Origin: Spirochaetae bacterium HGW-Spirochaetae-3
Lineage (GTDB): Bacteria > Spirochaetota > Spirochaetia > Treponematales > UBA12059
DNA: 64,000 bases
Reading direction: 5' to 3'
Assembly: GCA_002839315.1 (NCBI GenBank)
Contig: PGXV01000005.1
Span: 222,016 to 286,015 of the forward strand
Positions 10,801-20,357 of the stretch are shown here, in pieces. Each line of letters starts with the position of its first letter. Position 1 is the first letter of the stretch. Below the pieces are notes generated by a model. The model made no database searches. It was not told where the DNA came from and saw nothing but the letters and a program-made list of their open reading frames with translations. The translations under genes were made by a program, and so were the position numbers.

Positions 10801-11907
10801 GTGAAAGGGAGCGACGTAGTTATTGAGCACGTACGCAAGTCGTTCGGCGATTTCAAGGCGCTGGATGACGTGAGCGTTGGAATAAGGAAGGGCGAGTTCT
10901 TCTCGCTCTTGGGCCCATCCGGTTGCGGCAAGACCACCTTGCTGCGGATCATCGCGGGCTTTGAAAGCCCCGAGGGCGGCGCGGTGCTCCTTGACGGCCG
11001 CGACGTTTCGCCTCTGCCGCCCGACGCGCGGCACGTGAATACGGTTTTCCAGAATTACGCGCTGTTCCCGCACCTGTCGGTGTTCGAGAACGTAGCCTTT
11101 TCCCTGCGCCTCAAGAAAGCCCCCGAATCGGAGATAAAGGCCAAGGTGGCCGAGTACCTCCAGCTCGTGGAGCTCCAGGCCCACGCGCACAAGAAGCCTT
11201 CCCAGCTATCCGGCGGGCAGAAGCAGCGCGTCGCGATCGCGAGGGCGCTCATCAACGAGCCCTCGGTCCTTCTTCTCGACGAGCCGCTGTCCGCCCTGGA
11301 CGCGAAGCTCCGCCAGCACATGCTCATCGAGCTCGACTCGATACACGACAAGATAGGCATCACCTTCATCTACGTGACCCACGACCAGCAGGAGGCGCTA
11401 TCCGTCTCCGACCGCATCGCCGTGATGAACGCCGGCGAGGTGCTGCAGATCGGTACGCCCCAGGAGATATACGAGTCGCCGGCTACCGATTTCGTCGCGA
11501 AGTTCATAGGGGAGACCAATCTCTACGAAGCCGACGTCGCGTCGGTGTCGGGCGAGACGGTCGATCTGTCGGTCGACGGCTTCGGGACGGTCAAGGTGAC
11601 CGCGACCGAGCCGCCTCCCGTAGGATCCCGCGTCAGCTGGACGATACGGCCCGAGAAGGTGCGCATCGGGCTTGAGGAGCCGAAGTCCGCGAGGAACGGC
11701 ATTAACGCGATAGCCGGCGTCGTCGACGAGCCTATATACTCCGGATTCCAGAGCAAGTTCTATGTGCGCACGCCGAGCGGCCTCGTGCTCAAGGTCATAA
11801 AGCAGCACGCGGACTGGTCTGACGATGGGCCCGAGATCGCCTGGAAAGACTCGGTCTGGCTGTCGTTCAGCGCCGAGGACGCCTATATCGTCGAGGTTAA
11901 GCGATGA
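10801..11907 (+). CDS. potA: spermidine/putrescine ABC transporter ATPase
   Basis: 368 aa with GTG start. Walker A GPSGCGKTT, signature LSGGQKQR, Walker B LLLDEPLSALD, plus a PotA-type C-terminal regulatory domain. Confidence 0.9.
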   Translation: MKGSDVVIEHVRKSFGDFKALDDVSVGIRKGEFFSLLGPSGCGKTTLLRIIAGFESPEGGAVLLDGRDVSPLPPDARHVNTVFQNYALFPHLSVFENVAFSLRLKKAPESEIKAKVAEYLQLVELQAHAHKKPSQLSGGQKQRVAIARALINEPSVLLLDEPLSALDAKLRQHMLIELDSIHDKIGITFIYVTHDQQEALSVSDRIAVMNAGEVLQIGTPQEIYESPATDFVAKFIGETNLYEADVASVSGETVDLSVDGFGTVKVTATEPPPVGSRVSWTIRPEKVRIGLEEPKSARNGINAIAGVVDEPIYSGFQSKFYVRTPSGLVLKVIKQHADWSDDGPEIAWKDSVWLSFSAEDAYIVEVKR

Positions 11908-12815
11908 AGCGCGTTCCCGGAAGCTCCGGGGCGCAAGGCGGCCTGTACGCCGCCCCGTCCATCTTCTGGCTTTCCGTCTTCTTCCTCGCGCCGCTCGCGA
12001 TCATCGTCGCGTACAGTTTCCTCACGCCCGGAGCCCGTGGCGGCGTCGAGTGGACGCCTACCCTGGACGCGTATAGGGCCATAGCCAATCCGACCTTCGC
12101 CAAGGTGACGCTCAATACGATACTCGTCGCGATCGGCGCTACCGCCATAACCCTGCTCATCGCCGTTCCGTGCGGCTACTACATGGCGAGGAGCGAGCGC
12201 CAGACCCTGCTCCTGATGCTCATCATGATTCCCTTCTGGACCAATTTTCTTATACGCATCTACGCGTGGATAGCGATCCTCGGCAACGAGGGTTTCCTCA
12301 ACGACATCCTCCTGGCTACGGGGCTCGCCAAGCAGAGCGTGCGCTTCCTCTACAACCGGGGCGCGGTGATGCTCGTACTCGTGTACACGTACCTGCCGTA
12401 CGCGATCCTGCCCCTGTACTCGACGATAGACAAGTTCGACTTCTCGCTGCTCGAGGCCGCCCGCGACCTCGGCGCGTCCAAGCTCGGCGCCATCAACAAG
12501 GTGCTGCTGCCCAACATCAAGGGCGGCATCCTGACGGCCTTCCTGTTCACCTTCATACCGATATTCGGCGCGTACGCCGTGCCGCTGCTCGTCGGCGGTA
12601 CCGAGTCGTACATGCTGGGCAACCTGATAGCCGACGAGCTGACGAAGAGCCGCGACTGGCCGCTCGCGTCGGCGATATCCCTCGTCATCACGCTCGTCAC
12701 GACGATCGGCGTCCTTCTCCTCTTGCGCGCCAACGGCAATGCGGTGCTCGGCGGATCAGGCGACGGGGAGCCGGCCGTATCGGAGCCCGCGGCGGCTATC
12801 GGAGGATCCCGATGA
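11904..12815 (+). CDS. potB: spermidine/putrescine ABC transporter permease
   Basis: 303 aa, multi-TM. EAA-type loop LEAARDLGASK. Start overlaps the potA stop. Confidence 0.85.
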   Translation: MKRVPGSSGAQGGLYAAPSIFWLSVFFLAPLAIIVAYSFLTPGARGGVEWTPTLDAYRAIANPTFAKVTLNTILVAIGATAITLLIAVPCGYYMARSERQTLLLMLIMIPFWTNFLIRIYAWIAILGNEGFLNDILLATGLAKQSVRFLYNRGAVMLVLVYTYLPYAILPLYSTIDKFDFSLLEAARDLGASKLGAINKVLLPNIKGGILTAFLFTFIPIFGAYAVPLLVGGTESYMLGNLIADELTKSRDWPLASAISLVITLVTTIGVLLLLRANGNAVLGGSGDGEPAVSEPAAAIGGSR

Positions 12816-13606
12816 GCCGCCCCGCGACGCGGCGGCGCTCGAGCTTCTCGAGGAGCGTTTTCGTCGGTACCATCGTGTTCCTCAGCCTGCCCTTGTTCGT
12901 GCTGGTGCTGTACTCGTTCAACGCGTCGAAGTCGGGCAGCTGGACCGGCTTCTCGCTCCGGTGGTACGTCAAGCTTTTCACCGACTCGCCGCAGCTATGG
13001 CGAGCGTTCGGCAATAGCGCCATCGTCGCGCTTAGCTCGGCGCTCGTCGCGACGGTCATCGGTACGCTCGGCGCCGTCGCGGTCAACTGGTACAAATTCC
13101 GGCTCCGCGCGTACCTGCGTACCATCACGTTCCTGCCGATGATACTTCCCGAGATCATCATCGGCGTGTCGCTGCTTATCTTCTTCTCCGGCATCGGCAT
13201 GCGCCTGAGCCTGTTCACGGTGTTCGTCGCGCACGTATCGTTCAACCTGCCGTTCGTGTTCCTGCTCGTGCTGGCCAGGCTCGAGGAGTTCGACTTCTCC
13301 ATCATCGAGGCCGCGCGAGACTTGGGAGCGAGCGAACGGCAGACCCTCCTCAAGGTGATACTGCCCCTGTCGATGCCCGGAATCGTCTCCGGCTTCCTGA
13401 CGGCGGTCACCCTGTCGCTCGAGGATTTCGTCATAACGTTCTTCGTCACCGGTCCCGGCGCGACGACGCTGCCGTTGTACGTATACTCCGCGATACGCTT
13501 CGGCGTGTCTCCCGTGATTAACGCCCTGTCCGTGGTGATGATCCTGGGCACCGTCCTCCTGACCTGGTCGACGAGGAATTTCCTGAAGTACATCGCGGCC
13601 AAGTGA
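12812..13606 (+). CDS. potC: spermidine/putrescine ABC transporter permease
   Basis: ORF 12170..13606 trimmed to the ATG at 12812 (ATGA overlap with potB). IEAARDLGASE loop, multi-TM. Confidence 0.85.
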   Translation: MSRPATRRRSSFSRSVFVGTIVFLSLPLFVLVLYSFNASKSGSWTGFSLRWYVKLFTDSPQLWRAFGNSAIVALSSALVATVIGTLGAVAVNWYKFRLRAYLRTITFLPMILPEIIIGVSLLIFFSGIGMRLSLFTVFVAHVSFNLPFVFLLVLARLEEFDFSIIEAARDLGASERQTLLKVILPLSMPGIVSGFLTAVTLSLEDFVITFFVTGPGATTLPLYVYSAIRFGVSPVINALSVVMILGTVLLTWSTRNFLKYIAAK

Positions 13607-13640
13607 GGCTTGCGAATCCCTCCCGCAAAGGAGCACTACG

Positions 13641-14672
13641 ATGAAGAAGAACCTTTTCATGGCGGCTTTCGCCGCGACGATGTGCCTGGTACTATCCGCC
13701 TGCGGCGGCGCCGCCGAGAAGCTGTACCTGTTCAACTGGATATACTACATACCCGACGACGTAATCGAGGACTTCACCAAGGAGACGGGGATCAAGGTGA
13801 TCGTCGACTCGTACGCGTCGAACGAGGAGATGTACAACAAGATCGTCGCCGGCGGCGGCGGGTACGACATCGTCGTGCCGTCGGGCGATTACGTATCGAT
13901 AATGATAGCGGAGGGCCTGCTCGAGCCGATCGACAAGACGAAGGTCCCCAACTTCGGCAACTTGGATCCCGCGGCGATAGCGCGGATCGGCTTCGACGCC
14001 GGCAACACGCACAGCGTGCCGTTCATGATGGGCGCGGCCGGCGTATCGGTCAATAAGACCAAGGTCTCCGGCTACGACCGCAGCTGGAGCATCTTCGACC
14101 GCTCCGACCTACAGGGCCGGATGACGATGCTGGACGACATGCGCGAGGTGCTGGGAGCGGCGCTCAAGACGCTCGGCTACTCCGTCAACGACCCGGATCC
14201 GGCCCACCTGGAGCAGGCCCGCCAGGTCGTCGAGCGCTGGAAGCCCAACCTGGTCAAGTTCGACGCCGAGGCCTTCGCCAAGAGCTTCGCGGCAGGCGAA
14301 TTCTGGGTGGTGCAGGGATACGCGGAGAACGTGTTCATAGAGTACCCCGAAGAGAAGCGGGGCGACGTCGATTTCTTCTTCCCGAAGGAAGGCACGCCGA
14401 TGTACATGGATAGCTTCTGCGTCCTCAAGGGATCGAAGAACGCTGAGCAGGCGTACAAGTTCATCGACTATATGCTCAGGCCCGACATCGCCGCCCGCGT
14501 CTCCGATTATCTGATGCTGCCGTCGCCCAACGTCCCGGCCCGCGCGTTGATGAAGGTAACGCCTAACTACCAGTTCTCCGACCTCGATAGAGGCGAGTTC
14601 AAGGAAGACCTCGGCCAGGAGACCCTCAAGCTGTATAACGATATATGGCGCCGCATCCGGGTAGGTAATTAA
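13641..14672 (+). CDS. potD: spermidine/putrescine-binding periplasmic lipoprotein
   Basis: 343 aa, AAGGAG RBS, lipobox LSAC. PotD/PotF-like sequence (LYLFNWIYYIPDD...). Confidence 0.85.
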   Translation: MKKNLFMAAFAATMCLVLSACGGAAEKLYLFNWIYYIPDDVIEDFTKETGIKVIVDSYASNEEMYNKIVAGGGGYDIVVPSGDYVSIMIAEGLLEPIDKTKVPNFGNLDPAAIARIGFDAGNTHSVPFMMGAAGVSVNKTKVSGYDRSWSIFDRSDLQGRMTMLDDMREVLGAALKTLGYSVNDPDPAHLEQARQVVERWKPNLVKFDAEAFAKSFAAGEFWVVQGYAENVFIEYPEEKRGDVDFFFPKEGTPMYMDSFCVLKGSKNAEQAYKFIDYMLRPDIAARVSDYLMLPSPNVPARALMKVTPNYQFSDLDRGEFKEDLGQETLKLYNDIWRRIRVGN

Positions 14673-14801
14673 TAAGAGGATGAAGAAGAGGGGATCAGCG
14701 GTTCAGCGGTTCAGTTACGGTATCGACAACCGTTAGCCGAACTGATCCACTCATCCCCTGATCCACTCTCTTTCCCGTCTCTTCTTCTCTTATCCTATCC
14801 G
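14673..14801. repeat. 129-bp imperfect palindrome filling the convergent potD/secreted-protein gap (member of the dispersed TCAG-arm repeat family)
   Basis: Left arm: AAGAGGATGAAGAAGAGGGGATCAGCGGTTCAGCGGTTCAG. Centre: TTACGGTATCGACAACCGTTA. Right arm: CTGATCCACTCATCCCCTGATCCACTCTC..TCTCTTCTTCTCTTATCC. Confidence 0.75.
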
Positions 14802-16724
14802 TTACTTGGCGATAGCGATGATAGCCTTGATGTCCTCGGCGCCGATGCCCATCCCGAAGCCCATCGTGGACGGCGTCGCGTCGAACCAGCCGAGCATGCC
14901 CGACATATCGTTGGCGCTGAAGTCGAGCGCCTGCCCGTCTTCCGGCATCATGCGCAATAACAGCCGTACGAGACTCTTCGTCGAGACGTAGAGTATCGCG
15001 CGCGTATCGGCGGGCGCGCCCGCGCGTATCGCCTTGAACGCCTTGTCGGCGCGTAGCGATCGCTTGGCGCCGCCCTTCCGGATTGACGCGGCCGCGGCCG
15101 CGGGATCGCCGAGCCCGAAGAGGACGTTGTCGCCGCTGTAGAAGTAAACCGGGGCGGCGATATCGCTGATCAGGCGGAAGGCCGCCGCCGTACCCTCGTC
15201 GACCGTCCCCTCCGCCGGCTTGATGTCGTAGGTGTACGCGTCGTACGGCATGCCGCCGGCCTTGCCGACCGATCGCCGCATGTCGAAGGTGAAACCGGAG
15301 GAAGCGAGAAGCTCCTGGTAGGCCGGATTCTTCGTCAGGTCGAGCGACTTGCCCGCCGCGTCGCGGAACGCCTGGCGATCGGTGACGTCCATGGCTCCGC
15401 TGAATTTGAGACCGAGGCCTCGCCCCAGCATCGCCAGCATCTCGTCCCCTTCGGGAAAGTCTCCCGACCGTACGGCCTGGATGATCTCGGCTGAAGGTTC
15501 GAGGCCTATGGACATGCCGCCGTTCATGCCCGCGACGGCCGCGTAGCCCTTCATCGCGTCCATCGTGGCGGCCGTCAGGCCCTCATCCCCGAGGACGGCC
15601 TTGTAAAGCGCCTCGAGTAGCGGGAGGCCCCAATCGTAAGGAGCGGACCACGCTATCGAGACGATGGCGTCGCTATCGCAGAAGGACAGGTATGGTATCG
15701 ACCGGTCGCCCGCCGAAGCGCGCTCGGCCATCGCGGCCAGCTTGCTCCCGTTCTTGAGCCGGGCGCCGGTCCTGAGCCAGATGCCGTCCTCGCGTACCGT
15801 CAGGGCGACCTCGACGGCGCTGAGGTCAGACAAGCCCTCCTTGAGCGCCTTCCCGAGAGATGCCATCTGCTCGGCCGTCGGATCGGCTGGCGCCTCGGCC
15901 TCGAATCCGGACTCGGGCTCGGCGTTATCCCAGGGGTAGTCCTCGGCGTATTCCGCGTTATCCTCGGCGGACGTCCCGTCGATGGAGGTGTTATCTATCG
16001 GAGCGTATTCATCGGGAGCTTCCTCCGGGGAGTAGTCGTAGTCGTCGTACTCCCCGGAGGAACCGGAGAGCATAGAGCCGAGTCCGCCCGGCAGCGTATC
16101 GAGATACGCTGCTCCGGCGACCGGATCGGCCCATACGGCGAGGCTGGAGGCGGGATAGGCCGCGAGGCTCTTCAGGTCCATCGCGGCGCCCGAACCGTAG
16201 GCGGGGATAGCGCTGCCTCCCGTGCTGATGACGGCGTATCCGGGATAATCCGTCGCTATCGACATGGCGCCGGCCTCGCCCTTCAGCATCTCGTCGAGGG
16301 CGGTCGAGAGGGCCGCGCTGTCCTCGGGCGACAATGCGGCGCGGATCGGGATGAAGAGGGTGGCTGACGGCTGGCCCGCTCCGTCCTCCGCCGGGTATAT
16401 AGCCGCGACGATGCGCTTCGATGGGTCCATCGCGCGGAATAGCCTGGCCTTGGAATCGGCTTCCTGTCCCTCGGTTCCCGACGGCACCATGGACTCCACG
16501 AGCCCGGCCAGCGAGTCGGCCGGTCCGCCTAGGCCGGCGTTACGCAGGAACGCGATGGCGTTCGAGTAGAGCGCTGACGGATCGCCGACGGAAACGACGA
16601 CGATGGCCCCCGGATGGACCGATTCCAGCGGGTCGAAGAGGGCCTTTGAAGTAGCTCCCAGTAGCGTCATCGACGCGATTGCGACGAAGGCCGTCGCGAG
16701 CCGTAAGCGAGTAGAGCGGGCCAT
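14802..16724 (-). CDS. large secreted hypothetical protein with acidic low-complexity insert (possibly DUF3352-like)
   Basis: ORF 14802..16988 trimmed to the ATG at 16724 (GGAGGA RBS). Signal peptide MARSTRLRLATAFVAIASMTLLGA. D/E/Y-rich stretch SGEYDDYDYSPEEAPDEY... The family assignment is from memory only. Confidence 0.6.
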   Translation of the reverse strand: MARSTRLRLATAFVAIASMTLLGATSKALFDPLESVHPGAIVVVSVGDPSALYSNAIAFLRNAGLGGPADSLAGLVESMVPSGTEGQEADSKARLFRAMDPSKRIVAAIYPAEDGAGQPSATLFIPIRAALSPEDSAALSTALDEMLKGEAGAMSIATDYPGYAVISTGGSAIPAYGSGAAMDLKSLAAYPASSLAVWADPVAGAAYLDTLPGGLGSMLSGSSGEYDDYDYSPEEAPDEYAPIDNTSIDGTSAEDNAEYAEDYPWDNAEPESGFEAEAPADPTAEQMASLGKALKEGLSDLSAVEVALTVREDGIWLRTGARLKNGSKLAAMAERASAGDRSIPYLSFCDSDAIVSIAWSAPYDWGLPLLEALYKAVLGDEGLTAATMDAMKGYAAVAGMNGGMSIGLEPSAEIIQAVRSGDFPEGDEMLAMLGRGLGLKFSGAMDVTDRQAFRDAAGKSLDLTKNPAYQELLASSGFTFDMRRSVGKAGGMPYDAYTYDIKPAEGTVDEGTAAAFRLISDIAAPVYFYSGDNVLFGLGDPAAAAASIRKGGAKRSLRADKAFKAIRAGAPADTRAILYVSTKSLVRLLLRMMPEDGQALDFSANDMSGMLGWFDATPSTMGFGMGIGAEDIKAIIAIAK

Positions 16725-16967
16725 TGCGGTATCCTCCAGAGAAAATTTTGAATACGCCCGGAACATGAGGGTATCGCCTACAAGGATACCGCATACTCCG
16801 CGTCTGTTCCAGCGCCGTGGTTTGCCGGCCGAGGAGGCCGAGCGCAGGCCCTGGATGAGGGCGTCGCGTAACCCATTGCGTAAACCGGCGCCTGATCTAT
16901 ACTTGGTGTGACGGATATGGCGCCGGGACAGACGCCGCGCGGCCGCCCTCGATCGCGGCGAGAAAGG

Positions 16968-17486
16968 ATGCATATGTCCAGAACGCATTCATGGATGACT
17001 GCGGCGGCGCTCGTCGCCCTCGTAGCGGCTTCCTGCGTCAGCGACGGCCCGGAACCGGACGACGGGGAATATGGCGACGAGATCGTCAAGATCGGAATAT
17101 TCGACTTCGAGGTAAAGGCGAGCGTTCCCGGTTACGAGCCCCTCGCCGCTGATGTGCCGGCCGCCCTGACCGAGGCTTTCCTCAGGGGCGGCGTCGTTCA
17201 GCCGGTCGAGCGTTCCGCTCTCGAGCGGGTGGTCGCCGAGCTGGAGCTATCTCTCGGCGGTCTCGTCGATCCCGGCACGGCCGCCAGGGTCGGCAAGATG
17301 GCTGGCGCACGATACGTGCTGCTCGGGCAGGTCTCTATCATCGGCGACCAGGTGCGCCTGTCCTGCCGTGTCGTCGACGTAGAGACGGCCCAGATCGTCT
17401 ACGCCGGTAGCGCCTACGGCGATGTAGAGTACATCTTCGAGATCGAGGAAGAACTGGCCGAGTTGGTGGAAGATGACTTCTCGTGA
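16968..17486 (+). CDS. small periplasmic lipoprotein, CsgG/FlgO/LpoB-like fold
   Basis: ORF 16908..17486 trimmed to the ATG at 16968. Lipobox VAASC. Pattern KIGIFDFE...VERSALERVVAELELSLGG...GKMAGARYVLLGQV is typical of this small lipoprotein family. Confidence 0.5.
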   Translation: MHMSRTHSWMTAAALVALVAASCVSDGPEPDDGEYGDEIVKIGIFDFEVKASVPGYEPLAADVPAALTEAFLRGGVVQPVERSALERVVAELELSLGGLVDPGTAARVGKMAGARYVLLGQVSIIGDQVRLSCRVVDVETAQIVYAGSAYGDVEYIFEIEEELAELVEDDFS

Positions 17487-17518
17487 TCGTCTTGGACTAT
17501 GTTGGATTCTGAAAAGAC

Positions 17519-17547
17519 TTGATTTCTTCTGTAGATGTCGCCATATT
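17519..17547 (+). promoter_or_regulatory. candidate sigma70-type promoter in an AT-rich island upstream of the P5C dehydrogenase gene
   Basis: TTGATT-N17-CATATT. It would give a ~240-nt 5' leader. Confidence 0.3.
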
Positions 17548-17791
17548 GATATATCAGATGGTATACAGTGATGTTTACTGACTATCGTCACCGCCGTCGG
17601 CGGGCAGGCGTTACGTTCGCTCGCCCATCAGGGCGCCTCGGCGAAACGCCGCCGATCTTTTAAAGGACCATACTTCGAGTTCCGCCGTCCTACAGCGACG
17701 CGCCCGATGGAGGGCGCCCGCCATGGCGCGGAACCGATGGGCCGAGCCCCAAAGGGCCCGACCTCCCGCTATTTTTGGAAAGGAGTATGGC

Positions 17792-19432
17792 ATGTACGAT
17801 TCTCTTATATACGGGCAAGAACCCGTTCCGGCGTTGCCGGCTAACGAACCCGTCCGTTCCTACGCGCCCGGATCCCCCGAGCGCGCGGCTATCGACGCCG
17901 AGCTACGCTCGATGGCCGCCGATCCCATCGAGATTCCCCTCGTCATAGGCGGCGAGGAGATCCGGACCGGGCGCCTCAAGGAGATACGGGCGCCGCACGA
18001 CCACTCGCTCGTGCTCGGGCGCTACCACGAGGCGGGCGAGGCCGAGGCCGTCATGGCCGCCGAAGCCGCCGCCGTCGCGTACCGGGGGTGGTCGGAGACG
18101 CCGTTCCAGGAACGCGCCGCCGTGTTCCGAAAGGCCGCCGACCTGATCTCGTCGGGATGGTGGAAGACGCTGAACGCCGCCACGATGCTCGGACAATCCA
18201 AGAACGCGTACCAGGCGGAGATAGACGCGACGTGCGAGACCGCTGATTTCTTCCGTATCAATCCCGCTCTCGCCGAGCGTCTCTATGCCGAACAGCCGCG
18301 TTCGGGGGCCGGAGAGCGGAACCTGACGGATTACAGGCCGCTCGACGGCTTCGTATACGCCGTGACGCCGTTCAACTTCACCGCGATCGCGGCGAACCTG
18401 CCATCGGCGCCGGCCCTGATGGGCAACGTCGTCGTGTGGAAGCCCGCGTCGACGTCGGTCCTGTCCAACTGGCACCTGATGCGGCTGTACAAGGCCGCCG
18501 GACTGCCTGACGGCGTCATTAACTTCCTCCCCGGCTCCGCGAAGTCCATAAGCGCGGGCGTCCTGTCGAGGCCGGACCTCGCGGGGCTGCACTTCACCGG
18601 TTCTACCGCGGTATTCAATAGCCTCTGGAAGAGCGTCGCCGATAATCTGTCGACGTACCGATCCTATCCGCGCCTGATCGGCGAGACCGGCGGCAAGGAC
18701 TTCGTCTTCGTTCATCCCGACGCCGACATGGACGCGGCAATCGCCGCCTGCGTCCGGGGGGCCTTCGAGTACCAGGGCCAAAAATGCTCCGCGGCGTCAC
18801 GGCTATACCTGCCGCGTTCCTCGGCCGCGCGCTTCTTGGAGAGGCTCTCGGAGGAAATATCGAGCATCAGCGTGGGCGCGCCCTCTGATCACGGAAATTT
18901 CGTTAACGCGGTGATCGACGAGGCCGCGTTCGATACCATCGTCGGCTATATAGAGCGGGCCCGGGCGAACCCGTCGTGCAGGATCGTCGCGGGCGGCGGC
19001 TACGATAAGTCCAAGGGGTTCTTCATCTCCCCGACGCTGATCGTCAGCGACGATCCCCGTTCCGAGCCGATGGCTAGCGAGATCTTCGGGCCGGTGCTCA
19101 CCGCGTACGCCTACGACGACTCCGATATGCCCGCCGCGTACGCGTTGGTCGACGAGACGACCCCGTACGCCCTGACCGGCGCTATCTTCGCGAGCGATAG
19201 GTCGACGATCATCGAGGCGACGGGCGCCCTCAGGCACGCCGCGGGGAATTTCTATATTAACGACAAGCCTACGGGAGCGGTCGTCGGCAGGCAGCCGTTC
19301 GGCGGAGCGCGCGGATCGGGTACGAACGACAAGGCGGGGTCGTTCCTCAACCTCGTGCGCTGGACCAGCTCGAGGACGATCAAGGAGACCTTCGCGCCGC
19401 CGACCGATTGGCGTTATCCGTTCATGGGCTAG
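17792..19432 (+). CDS. pruA: L-glutamate gamma-semialdehyde (1-pyrroline-5-carboxylate) dehydrogenase
   Basis: ORF 17723..19432 trimmed to the ATG at 17792 (AAGGAG RBS; 546 aa). Aldehyde dehydrogenase motifs GETGGKD and catalytic YQGQKCSA. N-terminus typical of stand-alone P5CDH. Confidence 0.85.
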   Translation: MYDSLIYGQEPVPALPANEPVRSYAPGSPERAAIDAELRSMAADPIEIPLVIGGEEIRTGRLKEIRAPHDHSLVLGRYHEAGEAEAVMAAEAAAVAYRGWSETPFQERAAVFRKAADLISSGWWKTLNAATMLGQSKNAYQAEIDATCETADFFRINPALAERLYAEQPRSGAGERNLTDYRPLDGFVYAVTPFNFTAIAANLPSAPALMGNVVVWKPASTSVLSNWHLMRLYKAAGLPDGVINFLPGSAKSISAGVLSRPDLAGLHFTGSTAVFNSLWKSVADNLSTYRSYPRLIGETGGKDFVFVHPDADMDAAIAACVRGAFEYQGQKCSAASRLYLPRSSAARFLERLSEEISSISVGAPSDHGNFVNAVIDEAAFDTIVGYIERARANPSCRIVAGGGYDKSKGFFISPTLIVSDDPRSEPMASEIFGPVLTAYAYDDSDMPAAYALVDETTPYALTGAIFASDRSTIIEATGALRHAAGNFYINDKPTGAVVGRQPFGGARGSGTNDKAGSFLNLVRWTSSRTIKETFAPPTDWRYPFMG

Positions 19433-19454
19433 GGGACGGAGCCGGGAGACGGAG

Positions 19455-20354
19455 CTAGGTCGCGCCTATTGCCAGCGCGGCCGCGCCGAGGAGCCCGGCG
19501 TCCCCGCCCAGCCCCGGAGGCACGATGAACGCGTCCATCGCGCCGGGGGCGTCCAGGCGCGGCGCGTAGCCGGCCAGGCGCCGGGATAGGTGGGTCCGTA
19601 TCAGTTCCGCGAGGCCGGGCGCCGAGCCTAAGCCGCCGCCCAGCACGATGCGCTCCGTCGCGAGTACGTGGACGAGCGGCAGGAAGCCGGAGGCCAGGTA
19701 GCGCGCCTCCAGGTCCCATGCCGGGTGATCGGGAGCCAGGGTCTCGGCCGGAGCGCCCCAGCGCTCGGCTACGGCCGGCCCGGATGCCATGCCTTCGAGA
19801 CAGCAACGGTGGAACGGGCAACGGCCCGGGTACTCGTCGCCGGGTTCCCGCGGTACGGGTACGTGGCCGGTCTCGGGATGGCCGGCGCCGTGGAGCAGGA
19901 CGCCGTTGGATACGACGCCTCCGCCTATCCCGGTGCCTACGGTAACGTAGACATGGTCGGACAGGCCTCGCGACGCGCCCCATAGCCCCTCCGCGAGCGC
20001 GGCGGCATTGACGTCGGTGTCCATCGAAGCTTCCATCCCTAGCCGCTCCATGAGCGCGCCTGACAGGTCGAACCCCGCCCAGCCCGGTTTCGGAGTCGGG
20101 CCGATCCGGCCCCAGGACGGTTGCCCGAACCTACCGGCGAGCGGACCGAACGATGCTACTCCGAGCGCCGACGCCCGGCCGATTTCCGAGAACGACTGGC
20201 GGAACCAAGACGCCGCGGCATCGATCGTCGATGCGGGCTCGCCCGTCGCGATCCTCGCCTTGCGCAGTATCGACGGCGCGCCGCCTTTAGGATCGTTCTC
20301 GAGAAGGCCGAGCACGAATTTGGTGCCGCCCGCCTCGATCGCCGCGATGAGCAT
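19455..20354 (-). CDS. ROK-family sugar kinase (fructokinase/glucokinase-like)
   Basis: 299 aa. N-terminal IEAGGTKF ATPase motif, VTVGTGIGGG, and Cys-rich zinc motif CPFHRCCLEG. Confidence 0.8.
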   Translation of the reverse strand: MLIAAIEAGGTKFVLGLLENDPKGGAPSILRKARIATGEPASTIDAAASWFRQSFSEIGRASALGVASFGPLAGRFGQPSWGRIGPTPKPGWAGFDLSGALMERLGMEASMDTDVNAAALAEGLWGASRGLSDHVYVTVGTGIGGGVVSNGVLLHGAGHPETGHVPVPREPGDEYPGRCPFHRCCLEGMASGPAVAERWGAPAETLAPDHPAWDLEARYLASGFLPLVHVLATERIVLGGGLGSAPGLAELIRTHLSRRLAGYAPRLDAPGAMDAFIVPPGLGGDAGLLGAAALAIGAT

Positions 20355-20357
20355 CGC

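Noticed and set aside
10501-11190. 5' extension of the MazG ORF (230 extra codons), which would overlap the potA start.
   Set aside because: The MazG homology begins at Met231 (MSTTNDPKEAF...). The extension is low-complexity, crosses the divergent intergenic region and overlaps potA on the other strand.
12170-12811. Long 5' extensions of potC, and similarly of batA (40108), batB (41385), the M20D gene (62342), the EF-G gene (29316) and the histidine kinase gene (25472).
   Set aside because: The extensions are Arg/Pro-rich and overlap the upstream gene in another frame. Internal ATGs with start-stop overlap or good RBSs give proteins with canonical N-termini.
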